64,000 bases of DNA. Origin: Escherichia coli. Lineage in GTDB: Bacteria; Pseudomonadota; Gammaproteobacteria; Enterobacterales; Enterobacteriaceae. Below, one piece after another: positions 40,921 through 52,387 of the stretch. How positions within the stretch are numbered: the stretch's first letter is position 1; every line of letters starts with the position of its first letter. Below the pieces are notes generated by a model. The model saw only the letters and a list, made by a program, of their open reading frames with translations. It was not told the origin of the DNA and made no database searches. Both the position numbers and the translations under genes were made by a program. The DNA is taken from the NCBI RefSeq assembly GCF_041886205.1, contig NZ_CP169029.1; one strand, 5' to 3'.

Positions 40921-41544
40921 ATTCATCCTGATTATACGCACTGCCATGGTGCAACTGCTTCAAATTAAAACTCTGGTCTGACTTCAAATAATTATCATAT
41001 TATTTATTTGCGTAACGGGATATCAGAAAAAGATATTTTCCTCATTAATTTATTAGGATGTTTACATCGGATTTGTGATTAAGCGTGGTATTATTTATTA
41101 GCGAAACGTTTCTCTCTTGATTTTTTGCTCATTCATCAATTTTTCTTATTTTAAATTTTCAATCCCTTTGGGGATTGACTTCTCTTTAGGGTAATTGATA
41201 GCCGTTAACTGACTGTTTTATGAGAAAAAGTGATATAACTTTTTATTCATTGCATAGCAAAAAATGTGATATTGCACGCACTATGTAATAACTTCTCCCA
41301 CTGGCCTGGAACAACTGAACTTATTGAACTATGTTAGAAACTACGCCAGTTTAAGTATCTGCCTGAACTGGCAAGGTTAAGCACAATGATATATCGGCGC
41401 GTATTCCGTTGCATAAGTGTGCAAAAAAAGTGGAAGACGTATCGAGATTTGTGCGTCTGATCGAGACATGTTTAAAAATGGCTTGCCATAATTAACGTTG
41501 TATGTGATAACAGATTTCGGGTTAAACGAGGTACAGTTCTGTTT

Positions 41545-41688
41545 ATGTGTGGCATTTTCAGTAAAGAAGTCCTGAGTAAACACGTTGACGTTGAATACCG
41601 CTTCTCTGCCGAGCCTTATATTGGTGCCTCATGCAGTAATGTGTCAGTTTTATCTATGTTATGCCTGCGGGCGAAGAAAACAATCTAA
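41545..41688 (+). CDS. yobF: small protein YobF
   Basis: 47 aa ([47 protein letters not shown]), 12 bp upstream of cspC; below the track length cutoff. Confidence 0.8.
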
Positions 41689-41700
41689 GGAATTTTTCAA

Positions 41701-41910
41701 ATGGCAAAGATTAAAGGTCAGGTTAAGTGGTTCAATGAGTCTAAAGGTTTTGGCTTCATTACTCCGGCTGATGGCAGCAAAGACGTGTTCGTACACTTCT
41801 CCGCTATCCAGGGTAATGGCTTCAAAACTCTGGCTGAAGGTCAGAACGTTGAGTTCGAAATTCAGGACGGCCAGAAAGGTCCGGCAGCTGTTAACGTAAC
41901 AGCTATCTGA
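41701..41910 (+). CDS. cspC: cold-shock-domain protein CspC
   Basis: 69 aa; RNP motifs KGFGFI and VFVHF. Confidence 0.96.
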
Positions 41911-41956
41911 TCGAATCCACTGATCTGAAGTGTGAATACGCTTCAATCTCGCTATA

Positions 41957-41982
41957 AAGCCTCGTCGAATGCGAGGCTTTTT
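41957..41982 (+). terminator. intrinsic terminator after cspC
   Basis: AAGCCTCG-loop-CGAGGCTT followed by TTTT. Confidence 0.75.
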
Positions 41983-42075
41983 ACTATGCTTTATCTTCGC
42001 TCCTGGCGTTCGGATATTTGCCCGCCGCGTGATTCGCGTTACACTTGCGGCCTTTAGTATCCTGCCGGAGTTGTC

Positions 42076-42885
42076 ATGTCTTTTTCCTGTCCACTTTGCC
42101 ATCAGCCTCTTTCGCGTGAAAAAAACAGCTATATCTGTCCCCAGCGACATCAGTTTGATATGGCGAAAGAAGGGTATGTCAATCTGCTGCCCGTTCAGCA
42201 TAAACGGTCTCGTGATCCGGGCGACAGCGCGGAAATGATGCAAGCACGCCGCGCATTCTTAGATGCCGGACATTATCAGCCGCTGCGTGATGCAATTGTC
42301 GCCCAACTGAGGGAACGGCTTGATGATAAGGCCACGGCGGTGCTAGATATTGGCTGTGGTGAAGGGTATTACACACACGCATTTGCCGATGCGTTGCCCG
42401 AAATCACCACGTTTGGTCTGGATGTTTCGAAGGTAGCGATAAAAGCGGCGGCGAAACGCTATCCGCAGGTCACTTTTTGTGTCGCTTCCAGCCACCGTTT
42501 GCCGTTTTCCGATACCAGTATGGACGCCATAATACGTATTTACGCGCCGTGTAAAGCAGAAGAATTAGCACGAGTAGTGAAGCCCGGCGGCTGGGTCATT
42601 ACTGCCACGCCGGGACCGCGACATTTGATGGAGCTGAAGGGGCTGATTTACAATGAAGTACATCTTCATGCACCTCATGCAGAACAACTGGAAGGTTTTA
42701 CATTACAGCAGAGTGCGGAGTTGTGTTATCCGATGCGTCTTCGCGGTGATGAAGCCGTCGCATTATTGCAGATGACGCCGTTTGCCTGGCGTGCGAAGCC
42801 AGAAGTCTGGCAAACACTGGCAGCAAAAGAAGTGTTCGACTGCCAGACGGACTTTAATATTCACCTCTGGCAGCGTTCTTATTAA
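42076..42885 (+). CDS. rlmA: 23S rRNA m1G745 methyltransferase
   Basis: 269 aa; N-terminal Cys4 zinc motif (CPLC...CPQRH) and SAM-binding DIGCGEG. Confidence 0.95.
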
Positions 42886-43448
42886 CCGTGGAAGTGCGTC
42901 CAGAGGATCTGGACGCCGATGCCGATCAGTACCAGCCCGCCGAGAATTTCCGCTTTTTTCCCAATAATTGAGCCGATAAAGCGACCAACCATCATCCCTA
43001 ATGTTGACATAATCAAGGTTGCACAACCAATGGCCAATGCGGTCGCGATAATGTTGACCTGCAGGAAAGCAAGACCAACACCCACAGCCATGGCATCCAG
43101 GCTGGTGGCAATCGCGGTGGTTACCAGTAGCCAGAAACCGTGTCGACGGCGCGGCTCTTCATCTTCATCATCTGCGCCACGAAAACCCTCAATAATCATT
43201 CGCCCGCCGAGGAATATCAGCAGCACAAACGCAATCCAGTGGTTCCATTCAAGGACAAACCGGCTGGCTAACATGCCCATTCCCCAGCCGATCAGCGGCG
43301 TCAGGGTTTCGACGGCACCAAAAATAAGGCCGGTTCGCAATGCTTCAGAAAATTTCGGTTTATGGAGGGTGGCACCTTTACCGATTGATGCAGCAAATGC
43401 ATCCATCGACATACCAAACGCAAGAAGAACAGTAGCAGTGATATTCAT
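42882..43448 (-). CDS. mntP: manganese efflux pump MntP
   Basis: Start set at [23 protein letters not shown] (188 aa); 4 bp convergent overlap with rlmA. Confidence 0.9.
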
Positions 43449-43660
43449 GACAATGTCCTGACCGGGGTATCCATAAAACACATCATCGCCCCCAGCAAAC
43501 ATGCATACATGAACAACAAGCCGCGATGGTTTTCGCGTTCATGCAGGCATAGCGATTGATGTGCATATGGTCTCGCCTGACTGAAAGTATTCAGTCCGTA
43601 CGTGCCACGTTTTGCAACGAGTATGTTGACACGTACATTTCCGGAATCTGGAAATCGGCT
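43449..43660 (-). promoter_or_regulatory. mntP 5' leader, expected site of the yybP-ykoY Mn2+ riboswitch
   Basis: Placed from published knowledge of the mntP leader; I did not fold it or match the motif by eye. Confidence 0.45.
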
Positions 43661-43811
43661 ACTCCCCAAATGAGGGCGCAACCTTAACATATTTTGAGAA
43701 TATAAAACAACTGTTGGAATATATTATTTCATTGCTTTATTGATAACGATTTTCATTTGGATTTATATATCAATGAAACGTTAAAATAAATAACAAATAA
43801 GGGAAGAGGTA

Positions 43812-43870
43812 ATATAGCCTAAGCTATGTCTGATTATTAAAAATACACTAAACATAGCTTTGGCTAAATT
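43812..43870. promoter_or_regulatory. putative MntR operator(s) upstream of mntP
   Basis: Two imperfect palindromes, ATATAGCCTAAGCTATGT and AAACATAGCTTTGGCTAAA, of the ACATAGC...GCTATGT type. Confidence 0.35.
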
Positions 43871-43876
43871 CATAAC

Positions 43877-44335
43877 TTATTGAGTTGAAACGAGAAGCTT
43901 ATAAATTTTTTCCAGATCGTCGATATTTCGAACGCGGATTAACAGCCGACGCTGTTCTAATTGCATCACCAACACGCCATCTTCCGACAAGTTCATCGCT
44001 TTGATTCGGCTATATTCAATCCAGACATTGGCGAAGAAAAAACCTTTTTGTTTAAAGATGATCTTCGGAACGCGGATCCAGAATATATAAAAACCCATCA
44101 GAGCCAGTGCGCTTAATAACCATGTCGTTATTAACGCACCATGATTCGTGACGTTGTTATAGATAAGAATGACAATCAATCCGACGAAGATAACGCTATC
44201 GATGCGACCACGCCGGAGCAAAGGAATTGCCAGCAGGGTGGGGCCGTTACGGCGGGGCATGATGAACTGATCGTAGATCGCGAAGGCCAGGAGTGCGGCG
44301 ATGAAAAGAATCAGTATCAGGTCCGTGATTGTCAT
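43877..44335 (-). CDS. yobD: UPF0266 inner membrane protein YobD
   Basis: 152 aa hydrophobic ORF downstream of manZ. Confidence 0.85.
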   Translation of the reverse strand: MTITDLILILFIAALLAFAIYDQFIMPRRNGPTLLAIPLLRRGRIDSVIFVGLIVILIYNNVTNHGALITTWLLSALALMGFYIFWIRVPKIIFKQKGFFFANVWIEYSRIKAMNLSEDGVLVMQLEQRRLLIRVRNIDDLEKIYKLLVSTQ

Positions 44336-44347
44336 TAATCCTCCAGA

Positions 44348-44374
44348 TAAAAAAACGGGGCCAAAAGGCCCCGG
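44348..44374 (-). terminator. intrinsic terminator after manZ
   Basis: Minus-strand GGGGCC-TTTT-GGCCCC followed by a T-run. Confidence 0.65.
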
Positions 44375-44389
44375 TAGTGTACAACAGTC

Positions 44390-45250
44390 TTACAGTCCCA
44401 GCAGGCCGCAAGCGTAACCAGCGATACCGATGACGAAGAAACCAACGATGATCCACAGCGGGTTAACTTTTTTGCGCAGCAGCCACATACAAGCAAAGGT
44501 CAGCAGCAGTGGTACCAGGCCTGGCATTAACTGGTCCAGAATAGTCTGGACAGTGGTAACGTGTTCTTTGCCCGTCTGGTCAGTAATGCGAGAGACAACC
44601 AGCGGGATGTTGACATGCGTCCACTTGTTAACCAATGCCCCCATGACAAACAGGCCGAGGATAGACGCCCCTTCCGTCAGTTTTTGTAGGAAGCCACCAC
44701 CCATATCTTTAACGATATCGATACCTTTGGAGTAACCATACGCTACGCCGTAGTAACGGGTTGCCAGACGCACCAGGTTAAACAGGATGAAGAACAGCAG
44801 CGGACCTAACAGGCTGCCGCTCATCGCGATACCAGCACCCAGCGCTGCAAATACAGGACGTACGGTTCCCCAGAAGATCGGGTCGCCTACACCAGCCAGC
44901 GGCCCCATCAAACCGACTTTGATACCGTTGATAGCACCGTCATCGATCTCTGCGCCATTAGCACGCTGTTCTTCCAGCGCCAGGGTTACGCCGAGAATCG
45001 GTGCAGCCACGAACGGCTGGGTGTTAAAGAACTCCAGGTGACGGCGAATAGCTTGTTTACGAGCTTCGTTGTTCTCAGGGTAGAGGCGACGAATTGCCGG
45101 TACCATAGAGAAGCAGAAACCCAGTGCCTGCATACGTTCGAAGTTCCATGAACCCTGGAAGAGGTTAGAACGCAGGAATACGCCACGAATATCACTTTGA
45201 GTGAGTTTTTTCTCGGTGGTAGTTTGAGTTGTATCAACCATTTCGCTCAC
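44390..45250 (-). CDS. manZ: mannose PTS EIID component
   Basis: 286 aa ORF matching ManZ. Confidence 0.95.
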   Translation of the reverse strand: MSEMVDTTQTTTEKKLTQSDIRGVFLRSNLFQGSWNFERMQALGFCFSMVPAIRRLYPENNEARKQAIRRHLEFFNTQPFVAAPILGVTLALEEQRANGAEIDDGAINGIKVGLMGPLAGVGDPIFWGTVRPVFAALGAGIAMSGSLLGPLLFFILFNLVRLATRYYGVAYGYSKGIDIVKDMGGGFLQKLTEGASILGLFVMGALVNKWTHVNIPLVVSRITDQTGKEHVTTVQTILDQLMPGLVPLLLTFACMWLLRKKVNPLWIIVGFFVIGIAGYACGLLGL

Positions 45251-45253
45251 CTG

Positions 45254-46054
45254 TTAGTCCAGTTCGTTATCGAGATCGTTGTTACCAGCTGCCTGAGCAG
45301 GCGCACCGGCTACGCGGTTGTATTTCGGGCTAAGTTGGAGGTAGAGCACTGCCATAACAGTACCAATCACACCCAGAGCAACCAGGTTAAAGTTGGTGAA
45401 TGCTGCGGTTACGAAGCCGAGGTAGAAGAACGGCATCAGGTAGCCAGCACGCATCATGTTGATAACCATCGCATAACCAACCACCACGATCATGCCACCG
45501 GCGATATTCAGACCATTGGTCACCACTTCCGGAATCGCATTCAGCATGTTCTGTACTTCGCTGGTACCAACAGACAGCGCAACGATGACGGCCGGAATAG
45601 CCACACGCATTGCTTGCAGGAACAGAGAAGAAACGTGGATCCAGGAAATCGCTGTCAGGTTGCCGTTATCAGCAGCCTTATCCGCAGCGTGCTGGAAAGC
45701 AACGGTAATAGTACGAACGATGATGGTCAGTACCTGGCCCGCAGCGGCCAGAGGGATTGCCAGTGCGATACCTGCACCAATGCTCTGATGACCTGCGATA
45801 ACCAGAATGGTAGAAATGATAGAAGCCAGAGCGGCGTCAGGCGCAACTGCAGCACCGATGTTCATCCAGCCCAGCGCGATCATTTCCAGCGTACCACCGA
45901 TAATAATACCGGTTTTCATATCCCCAAGAACGATACCCACCAGGGTACACGCGATTAGCGGACGGTGAAACTGAAATTCATCGAGGATTGATCCCATACC
46001 TGCGATACAGGCTACGATAAATACCAGCACAATTTGAAGAGTGGTAATCTCCAT
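45254..46054 (-). CDS. manY: mannose PTS EIIC component
   Basis: 266 aa membrane ORF. Confidence 0.95.
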   Translation of the reverse strand: MEITTLQIVLVFIVACIAGMGSILDEFQFHRPLIACTLVGIVLGDMKTGIIIGGTLEMIALGWMNIGAAVAPDAALASIISTILVIAGHQSIGAGIALAIPLAAAGQVLTIIVRTITVAFQHAADKAADNGNLTAISWIHVSSLFLQAMRVAIPAVIVALSVGTSEVQNMLNAIPEVVTNGLNIAGGMIVVVGYAMVINMMRAGYLMPFFYLGFVTAAFTNFNLVALGVIGTVMAVLYLQLSPKYNRVAGAPAQAAGNNDLDNELD

Positions 46055-46116
46055 TGTACTTCTCCTGTTTACGTAAGACTTAAGTGTGAAAACTGAGTGA
46101 TAATCAACACAATACG

Positions 46117-47088
46117 TTACTTATCGATTTTGCTGATCAGATCCATCATTTTCAGTTTCGGATCGGTGGAAACCTTACGGACTTCCAGCTCAATACCGCG
46201 TGCATTCAGTTTTTTGAACGCCTCGATATCTTTTTCATCAACCGAAACCGCGTTATTCACCTGGGTTTTACCCTGACGGAATGCCATACCACCGACGTTA
46301 ACAGAGGTGATTTTCACGCCGCCTTCAACGAGACGCTCTACATCTGTTGGGTTGGTAAATAACAGCATTACACGTTCGCCAGCATATTTCGGGTTGTTGT
46401 AGACGCGAATCATTTTGGCAACATCAACTACGTGTGCTGTTACGCCTGGAGGTGCAACCTGGGTGAGCAGTGTCTTACGAACGGTATCCGCAGCCACTTC
46501 ATCACTAACAACAATAATACGGGAGACATTGGTTTCTTTGGTCCAGCGGGTGGCGACCTGACCGTGAATCAGACGGTCGTCGATACGCGCAAGGCCAATA
46601 ACCATGTAGTCGTTTGGTCCCATTGGTTTTGCCGGAGTTGGAGCCGCTTTTGGTGCTGCGGCAGCGGGTGCTGGCGCGGCTTTTTCAACCGGTTTGGCTT
46701 TCAGAGCTTTCACGCCTTCACGGCCTGTTTCTACTGCCAGCGCAACCAGTTCATCAAAGCTTGGGTCATCATCACGGGCCATTAACGTTTCCACGAGCAT
46801 TGGAATGTTAACGCCTGCAATGACTTCATAATGCTCTTTGTCGACGACAATGCGGCTGGCAGCATTGAACGGGCTGCCTCCCCATGTATCAACGAGAAAC
46901 AGCACGCCTTTAGTGGTGTCGAGTTTTGCCAACTGAGCGTTGTACTTTTCAATCAGCGTTTCGGCATTTTCACCTGGAACGAAATCGATCCAGCCGACGT
47001 TTTCCTGCTCGCCTAACAGCATTTCTGCCGTTTTAAGCAACTGCTCTGCAGCCCAACCATGTGTGCCTATAACAATAGCAATGGTCAC
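46117..47088 (-). CDS. manX: mannose PTS EIIAB component
   Basis: 323 aa with Ala/Pro-rich linker (PAPAAAAPKAAPTPAKP) between IIA and IIB domains. Confidence 0.95.
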   Translation of the reverse strand: MTIAIVIGTHGWAAEQLLKTAEMLLGEQENVGWIDFVPGENAETLIEKYNAQLAKLDTTKGVLFLVDTWGGSPFNAASRIVVDKEHYEVIAGVNIPMLVETLMARDDDPSFDELVALAVETGREGVKALKAKPVEKAAPAPAAAAPKAAPTPAKPMGPNDYMVIGLARIDDRLIHGQVATRWTKETNVSRIIVVSDEVAADTVRKTLLTQVAPPGVTAHVVDVAKMIRVYNNPKYAGERVMLLFTNPTDVERLVEGGVKITSVNVGGMAFRQGKTQVNNAVSVDEKDIEAFKKLNARGIELEVRKVSTDPKLKMMDLISKIDK

Positions 47089-47550
47089 TTGCTACCTCCT
47101 TTATTATCGTTAACACCTCAACGTGCCAGATGTATTTTTGAATCGTCGTCCACAATCGAATCGATTCAGATAAGGGCTACAACCAAAAACCCCTGCGTTT
47201 CGCGATTTATTTTAGATATCGAAAAAATTATTTTATGTGATGAAGATCCGTAATTTAACTTTCGATTAGCAGAAATTTCGAAAGGTAAAATATCCTTATC
47301 ACATTCGTTTGCAAAGGAAGGTAAATCTTTGCCAAATCAGAGGCGTCTCTGATATGTTTAACTCCCGTTTAACAACCATGGAGTATAGGGCAGTAGCCCG
47401 CAGTATGGATCGTCACCGACGTCATTTCAGCATCAGGCCTTTTAACGCCTGCCTTTCTGGCATTCTATGCCGCACCTTTCGTTTGCATTTTGTCGTTACG
47501 CCTGCATTATTTTTGGCGTCGAATAGCTATTCCTTAAGCAGGAGCTTGTC

Positions 47551-49107
47551 ATGGAATTCTTAATGGACCCCTCAATTTGGGCGGGGCTACTCACGCTTGT
47601 TGTTCTCGAAATTGTGCTGGGTATCGATAACCTGGTCTTCATCGCCATTCTTGCTGACAAACTGCCGCCAAAACAACGCGATAAAGCGCGTTTGCTGGGA
47701 TTATCACTGGCGCTGATTATGCGTCTGGGGCTGCTGTCGCTGATTTCATGGATGGTCACGCTGACCAAACCGCTATTTACCGTTATGGATTTCTCCTTCT
47801 CCGGACGCGACCTGATTATGTTGTTCGGGGGGATATTCTTGCTGTTCAAAGCAACAACCGAACTGCATGAACGGCTGGAAAACCGCGATCATGATTCCGG
47901 CCACGGTAAAGGCTACGCCAGTTTCTGGGTGGTCGTCACACAGATTGTCATCCTTGACGCCGTCTTCTCATTGGATGCGGTAATTACTGCAGTAGGGATG
48001 GTTAACCATCTGCCGGTGATGATGGCGGCGGTAGTGATTGCGATGGCGGTTATGCTGCTAGCATCGAAACCGCTGACGCGATTCGTTAACCAGCACCCCA
48101 CGGTGGTGGTGCTCTGTCTGAGCTTCCTGTTAATGATTGGTCTGAGTCTGGTGGCAGAAGGTTTCGGTTTCCACATTCCGAAAGGTTACCTGTATGCCGC
48201 GATTGGCTTTTCGATCATCATCGAAGTGTTTAACCAGATTGCGCGTCGCAACTTTATTCGTCATCAGTCGACTTTGCCGCTGCGAGCGCGTACTGCCGAT
48301 GCCATCCTGCGTTTGATGGGCGGGAAACGTCAGGCCAATGTCCAGCACGATGCCGATAACCCGATGCCGATGCCGATCCCGGAAGGTGCATTTGCCGAAG
48401 AAGAACGTTACATGATAAACGGCGTACTGACGCTGGCGTCGCGTTCTCTGCGCGGGATCATGACGCCGCGCGGTGAAATAAGCTGGGTTGACGCTAATCT
48501 CGGGGTCGATGAAATCCGCGAGCAACTGCTCTCTTCACCGCACAGTCTGTTCCCGGTATGTCGCGGTGAACTGGATGAAATCATCGGTATCGTACGTGCT
48601 AAAGAACTGCTGGTGGCGCTGGAGGAGGGCGTTGATGTGGCGGCGATTGCTTCGGCGTCTCCGGCGATTATCGTCCCGGAAACCCTCGATCCGATCAACC
48701 TGCTGGGCGTGCTGCGTCGTGCTCGCGGGAGCTTTGTTATCGTGACCAACGAGTTTGGTGTGGTACAAGGTCTGGTCACACCGCTGGATGTGCTGGAAGC
48801 GATAGCTGGTGAGTTCCCGGATGCTGACGAAACGCCAGAAATCATTACCGACGGTGACGGCTGGCTGGTAAAAGGCGGTACAGATTTGCATGCCTTGCAG
48901 CAGGCGCTTGATGTTGAGCACCTTGCCGATGACGATGATATCGCGACGGTCGCGGGCCTCGTGATCTCGGCAAATGGTCACATTCCCCGTGTGGGCGATG
49001 TGATTGATGTAGGGCCACTGCATATCACCATCATTGAAGCCAATGATTATCGTGTTGATCTGGTTCGCATTGTTAAAGAGCAACCGGCGCACGATGAAGA
49101 TGAGTAA
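47551..49107 (+). CDS. yoaE: TerC-family membrane protein with CBS and CorC/HlyC domains
   Basis: 518 aa ORF. Confidence 0.9.
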   Translation: MEFLMDPSIWAGLLTLVVLEIVLGIDNLVFIAILADKLPPKQRDKARLLGLSLALIMRLGLLSLISWMVTLTKPLFTVMDFSFSGRDLIMLFGGIFLLFKATTELHERLENRDHDSGHGKGYASFWVVVTQIVILDAVFSLDAVITAVGMVNHLPVMMAAVVIAMAVMLLASKPLTRFVNQHPTVVVLCLSFLLMIGLSLVAEGFGFHIPKGYLYAAIGFSIIIEVFNQIARRNFIRHQSTLPLRARTADAILRLMGGKRQANVQHDADNPMPMPIPEGAFAEEERYMINGVLTLASRSLRGIMTPRGEISWVDANLGVDEIREQLLSSPHSLFPVCRGELDEIIGIVRAKELLVALEEGVDVAAIASASPAIIVPETLDPINLLGVLRRARGSFVIVTNEFGVVQGLVTPLDVLEAIAGEFPDADETPEIITDGDGWLVKGGTDLHALQQALDVEHLADDDDIATVAGLVISANGHIPRVGDVIDVGPLHITIIEANDYRVDLVRIVKEQPAHDEDE

Positions 49108-49110
49108 GCG

Positions 49111-50709
49111 TTAACGTAACGGCATAATGGGTGTGATATGTCCATTATGCCGGGCGGGCGGCGGTTGGCTGCCCGCCAGCCATTTAGGAAAATCACGTAG
49201 TGGCATCGGCTGTGCGTACAAATACCCTTGCAAAATATGGACGCCATGACGGCGCAAATATTTCGCCTGTTCTTGCGTTTCCACACCCTCCGCCACCAGT
49301 TCAATATTCAGTCTTTGCCCCAGTGCGATGATGATATCGGTCACCGTCGAGTTAACCGCGTCAGAACCTATAGCTGCGGTAAATGACTTATCAATTTTCA
49401 GCACGTCAGGACGTAATGTTTCAAGCCAGGAAAATGAACTGTTGCCGGTGCCGAAGTCATCAATCGCCAGTTTGACGTTTTTACGATGCAGCTCGCGGGC
49501 AATACGATAATCAACATCCAGTAAGGCATCGCGTTCGGTGATTTCGAGGATCAGTTGCTGAATCGGGTGAGCGCTAAACCAGTACTGATTGAGATCTTTT
49601 ATCAGCACACCACGGCGAAAATGGCTGGGTGCGACGTTAATGCCAACATGAAACTGACTACTCATTGGGAAAACATGGCGCTGACGAATGGTTTCTGCCA
49701 TCACATAGCGGGTCAGTGGCACAATTAAATGATGTTCTTCCGCGATAGGAATAAACACATCCGGTGAAATCCAGCCCTGACGCGGATTGTTCCAGCGCAG
49801 CAAAATCTCTACACCAATACATTGCTGGCTGCGCGCATTAAGCAAAGGCTGACAGAACAATTCGAACTCATGTTGCGCCAGGCCCAGATTGATTTCGCGG
49901 GAAAAGCTCATCCGGTAAGCGGTCGCCAGCCAGGCGATGTAGCCCACCAGTAAACTTAGCAGCACCGCCAGCGGTAATTGTGTTGGAAGATAGTGCCATG
50001 CCAGCGCCGTAGCCCCCGGACCATTAACGTTAATGGTAAAAGGAAAGCGTTGCGAAGAAACCTGATAGTTTTCATTGTCTTCAGGTTGCGGAAGGGAATC
50101 TACCAGCCCATTACCATAGAGCAAATGCCGTTTGTCCACCGTCAGGCTGGCGCTACTGATTTGCGGCAGTTGTGGCTCAAGGAGCATTGCCGTCAGTAAG
50201 TCGATGTTAATCATCTCCATGACCCCAGCATTGCTACTGCCCGCTGCAGGCGTCCATTGAATCAAAACCGGACTGCATTTAATCAGGGCACGGTCGATCG
50301 TCAGGCGTAAAAGTGGTTGCGGTGCAGGAAGTTCAGCCAGAATGTCCACGACGGGCACATTGCGATAACCAAAAATGCTGGAGCAATAAAGTGTGCCGTC
50401 TTGCACCAGGCCAATGGATCGCACAGTTTGGAGTTTTGCCGCCTGTTTACGTAATGGCAAATGGGCGACAGAGCAGGGCAGACCAATCAGCGGAAGCAAG
50501 ACTTCGCTACCTGCCTGTAGGGGAAGCAGTACTTTATCTAATTCCTCTACAGCGTGATTGGCGAATTGTACTACCCGTTGTTGATTTAAGTTACGCTGTG
50601 AAATAAATCGCACGCTCAGGGTCGAAGCGAGCGTAACGAGTGCGCAAATCGTACAAACAATCATTCGATTACGACGATAGGTTTTAATGATCCGTTGTGC
50701 TTTTTGCAT
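49111..50709 (-). CDS. pdeD: c-di-GMP phosphodiesterase (CSS-motif sensor + EAL)
   Basis: Start set at MQKAQRIIKTYRR (532 aa); EAL-domain ELTE motif (written EITERD in this protein). Confidence 0.85.
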   Translation of the reverse strand: MQKAQRIIKTYRRNRMIVCTICALVTLASTLSVRFISQRNLNQQRVVQFANHAVEELDKVLLPLQAGSEVLLPLIGLPCSVAHLPLRKQAAKLQTVRSIGLVQDGTLYCSSIFGYRNVPVVDILAELPAPQPLLRLTIDRALIKCSPVLIQWTPAAGSSNAGVMEMINIDLLTAMLLEPQLPQISSASLTVDKRHLLYGNGLVDSLPQPEDNENYQVSSQRFPFTINVNGPGATALAWHYLPTQLPLAVLLSLLVGYIAWLATAYRMSFSREINLGLAQHEFELFCQPLLNARSQQCIGVEILLRWNNPRQGWISPDVFIPIAEEHHLIVPLTRYVMAETIRQRHVFPMSSQFHVGINVAPSHFRRGVLIKDLNQYWFSAHPIQQLILEITERDALLDVDYRIARELHRKNVKLAIDDFGTGNSSFSWLETLRPDVLKIDKSFTAAIGSDAVNSTVTDIIIALGQRLNIELVAEGVETQEQAKYLRRHGVHILQGYLYAQPMPLRDFPKWLAGSQPPPARHNGHITPIMPLR

Positions 50710-50839
50710 GCGGGCCACCCTGTAAGCGTATGGCGACAAACGCCTGACGCAACAGTGGAAGTGTAGTGGGGAATATTACAGCAGACGAGAAAGCGGGTAT
50801 AAATTCGCCCATCCGTTGCAGATGGGCGAGTAAGAAGTA

Positions 50840-52204
50840 TTAGTCACACTGGACTTTGATTGCCAGACCACCGCGTGAGGTTTCGCGGTATTTGGCGTTC
50901 ATGTCCTTACCGGTTTCGTACATCGTTTCGATGACCTTATCCAGCGAGACGCGCGGTGCACTGGTGCGGCGCAGAGCCATCCGCGCGGCGTTAATCGCCT
51001 TCACAGAGGCAATGGCATTACGCTCAATGCACGGCACCTGAACCTGCCCTGCAACCGGGTCGCAGGTTAAACCAAGGTTGTGTTCCATGCCAATTTCCGC
51101 CGCCACGCAAACCTGTTCCGGGCTACCGCCCAGCAGTTCTGCAAGACCCGCAGCAGCCATTGAACAGGCAACACCCACTTCGCCCTGGCAACCAACTTCC
51201 GCACCGGAAATAGAGGCGTTCATTTTATACAATGCACCAATCGCGCCCGCTGCCATAAAGTAACGGGTATAGATGTCCGGGCTGACCGATTCAATAAAGT
51301 GGTCATAGTAAGCCAGCACTGCCGGAACGATACCGCAGGCACCGTTGGTTGGCGCAGTTACCACACGACCACCGGCGGCGTTTTCTTCGTTAACTGCCAG
51401 CGCAAACATGTTTACCCAGTCAATGACATTCATCGGATCGTTAGACAGTTTATCGCTGGAAACTAACATCCGGCGCAGGGCAGACGCACGACGTGGCACG
51501 CGCAGCGGGCCTGGCAGTACACCTTCGGTGTTCATCCCGCGATCGATACATGCCTGCATGGTTTGCCAGACATGCGCGAAATACTCGTCGATCTCTTTCT
51601 TGCTGTGCAGCGCCAGTTCGTTCTGCATAGCGAGACCAGACAGCGAATAGCCGGTTTCATTACAGTACGCGAGCAGTTCGGTGGCAGATTTGAACGGATA
51701 CGGCACGCTCACTTCGTTGGCAGCATCCTGACCAAAGTGTTCTTCATCGACGATAAAACCGCCGCCGATGGAATAATAAGTTTTGCTGTAGACGACTTCA
51801 TCGCCGTTATAGGCGTGGATTTGCATACCGTTTTCATGCAGCGGCAGGTTGCCGTTATGAAAACGCATCCCGTTGTCGCGCGGGAAATCCACTTCATGCC
51901 ATCCCTGTGCCAGCAGCAGACGTTCGCGCTCTTCTACGTCGCGAATAAAACCGGGAATACTGTCGATATCCACGGTGGCAGGTTCGTTACCTGCAAGACC
52001 CATAATAATGGCGATATCGGTGTGGTGGCCTTTACCCGTCAGCGACAGTGAACCATAAACGTCCACGGCAACGCGAGTAACGCTATCCAGTAAGCCTTTT
52101 TCGACCAGATCATCGACGAACTGTTTACCCGCCTTCATAGGCCCTACGGTATGGGAAGATGAGGGACCAATCCCCACCTTAAACATGTCGAATAGACTAA
52201 TCAC
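50840..52204 (-). CDS. sdaA: L-serine dehydratase 1
   Basis: 454 aa ORF matching SdaA. Confidence 0.95.
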   Translation of the reverse strand: MISLFDMFKVGIGPSSSHTVGPMKAGKQFVDDLVEKGLLDSVTRVAVDVYGSLSLTGKGHHTDIAIIMGLAGNEPATVDIDSIPGFIRDVEERERLLLAQGWHEVDFPRDNGMRFHNGNLPLHENGMQIHAYNGDEVVYSKTYYSIGGGFIVDEEHFGQDAANEVSVPYPFKSATELLAYCNETGYSLSGLAMQNELALHSKKEIDEYFAHVWQTMQACIDRGMNTEGVLPGPLRVPRRASALRRMLVSSDKLSNDPMNVIDWVNMFALAVNEENAAGGRVVTAPTNGACGIVPAVLAYYDHFIESVSPDIYTRYFMAAGAIGALYKMNASISGAEVGCQGEVGVACSMAAAGLAELLGGSPEQVCVAAEIGMEHNLGLTCDPVAGQVQVPCIERNAIASVKAINAARMALRRTSAPRVSLDKVIETMYETGKDMNAKYRETSRGGLAIKVQCD

Positions 52205-52387
52205 GATAATACTCCTGATAAGGTGACTGGACTTCCAGTAACGAACTAATAACAGCGCATAGTGTAAGAGGGAACGCGGCGACTGGCTTAACTATTCACA
52301 TGAATTAAACTAATCAAAAACCGCGATTTAACTAATATTGCGATGATTGTCTCAAGTAGTGTTTTGTAGATGTAAAGATAAGTATAG

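Noticed and set aside
41377-41583. 68 aa minus-strand ORF in the yobF leader
   Set aside because: Antisense to the yobF start and in AT-rich leader DNA; no support
41659-42243. 194 aa minus-strand ORF spanning cspC and the start of rlmA
   Set aside because: Runs antisense across two well-supported genes and an intrinsic terminator; not plausible as a gene
43445-43690. 81 aa minus-strand ORF upstream of mntP
   Set aside because: Lies within the mntP 5' leader, where a riboswitch is expected rather than a gene
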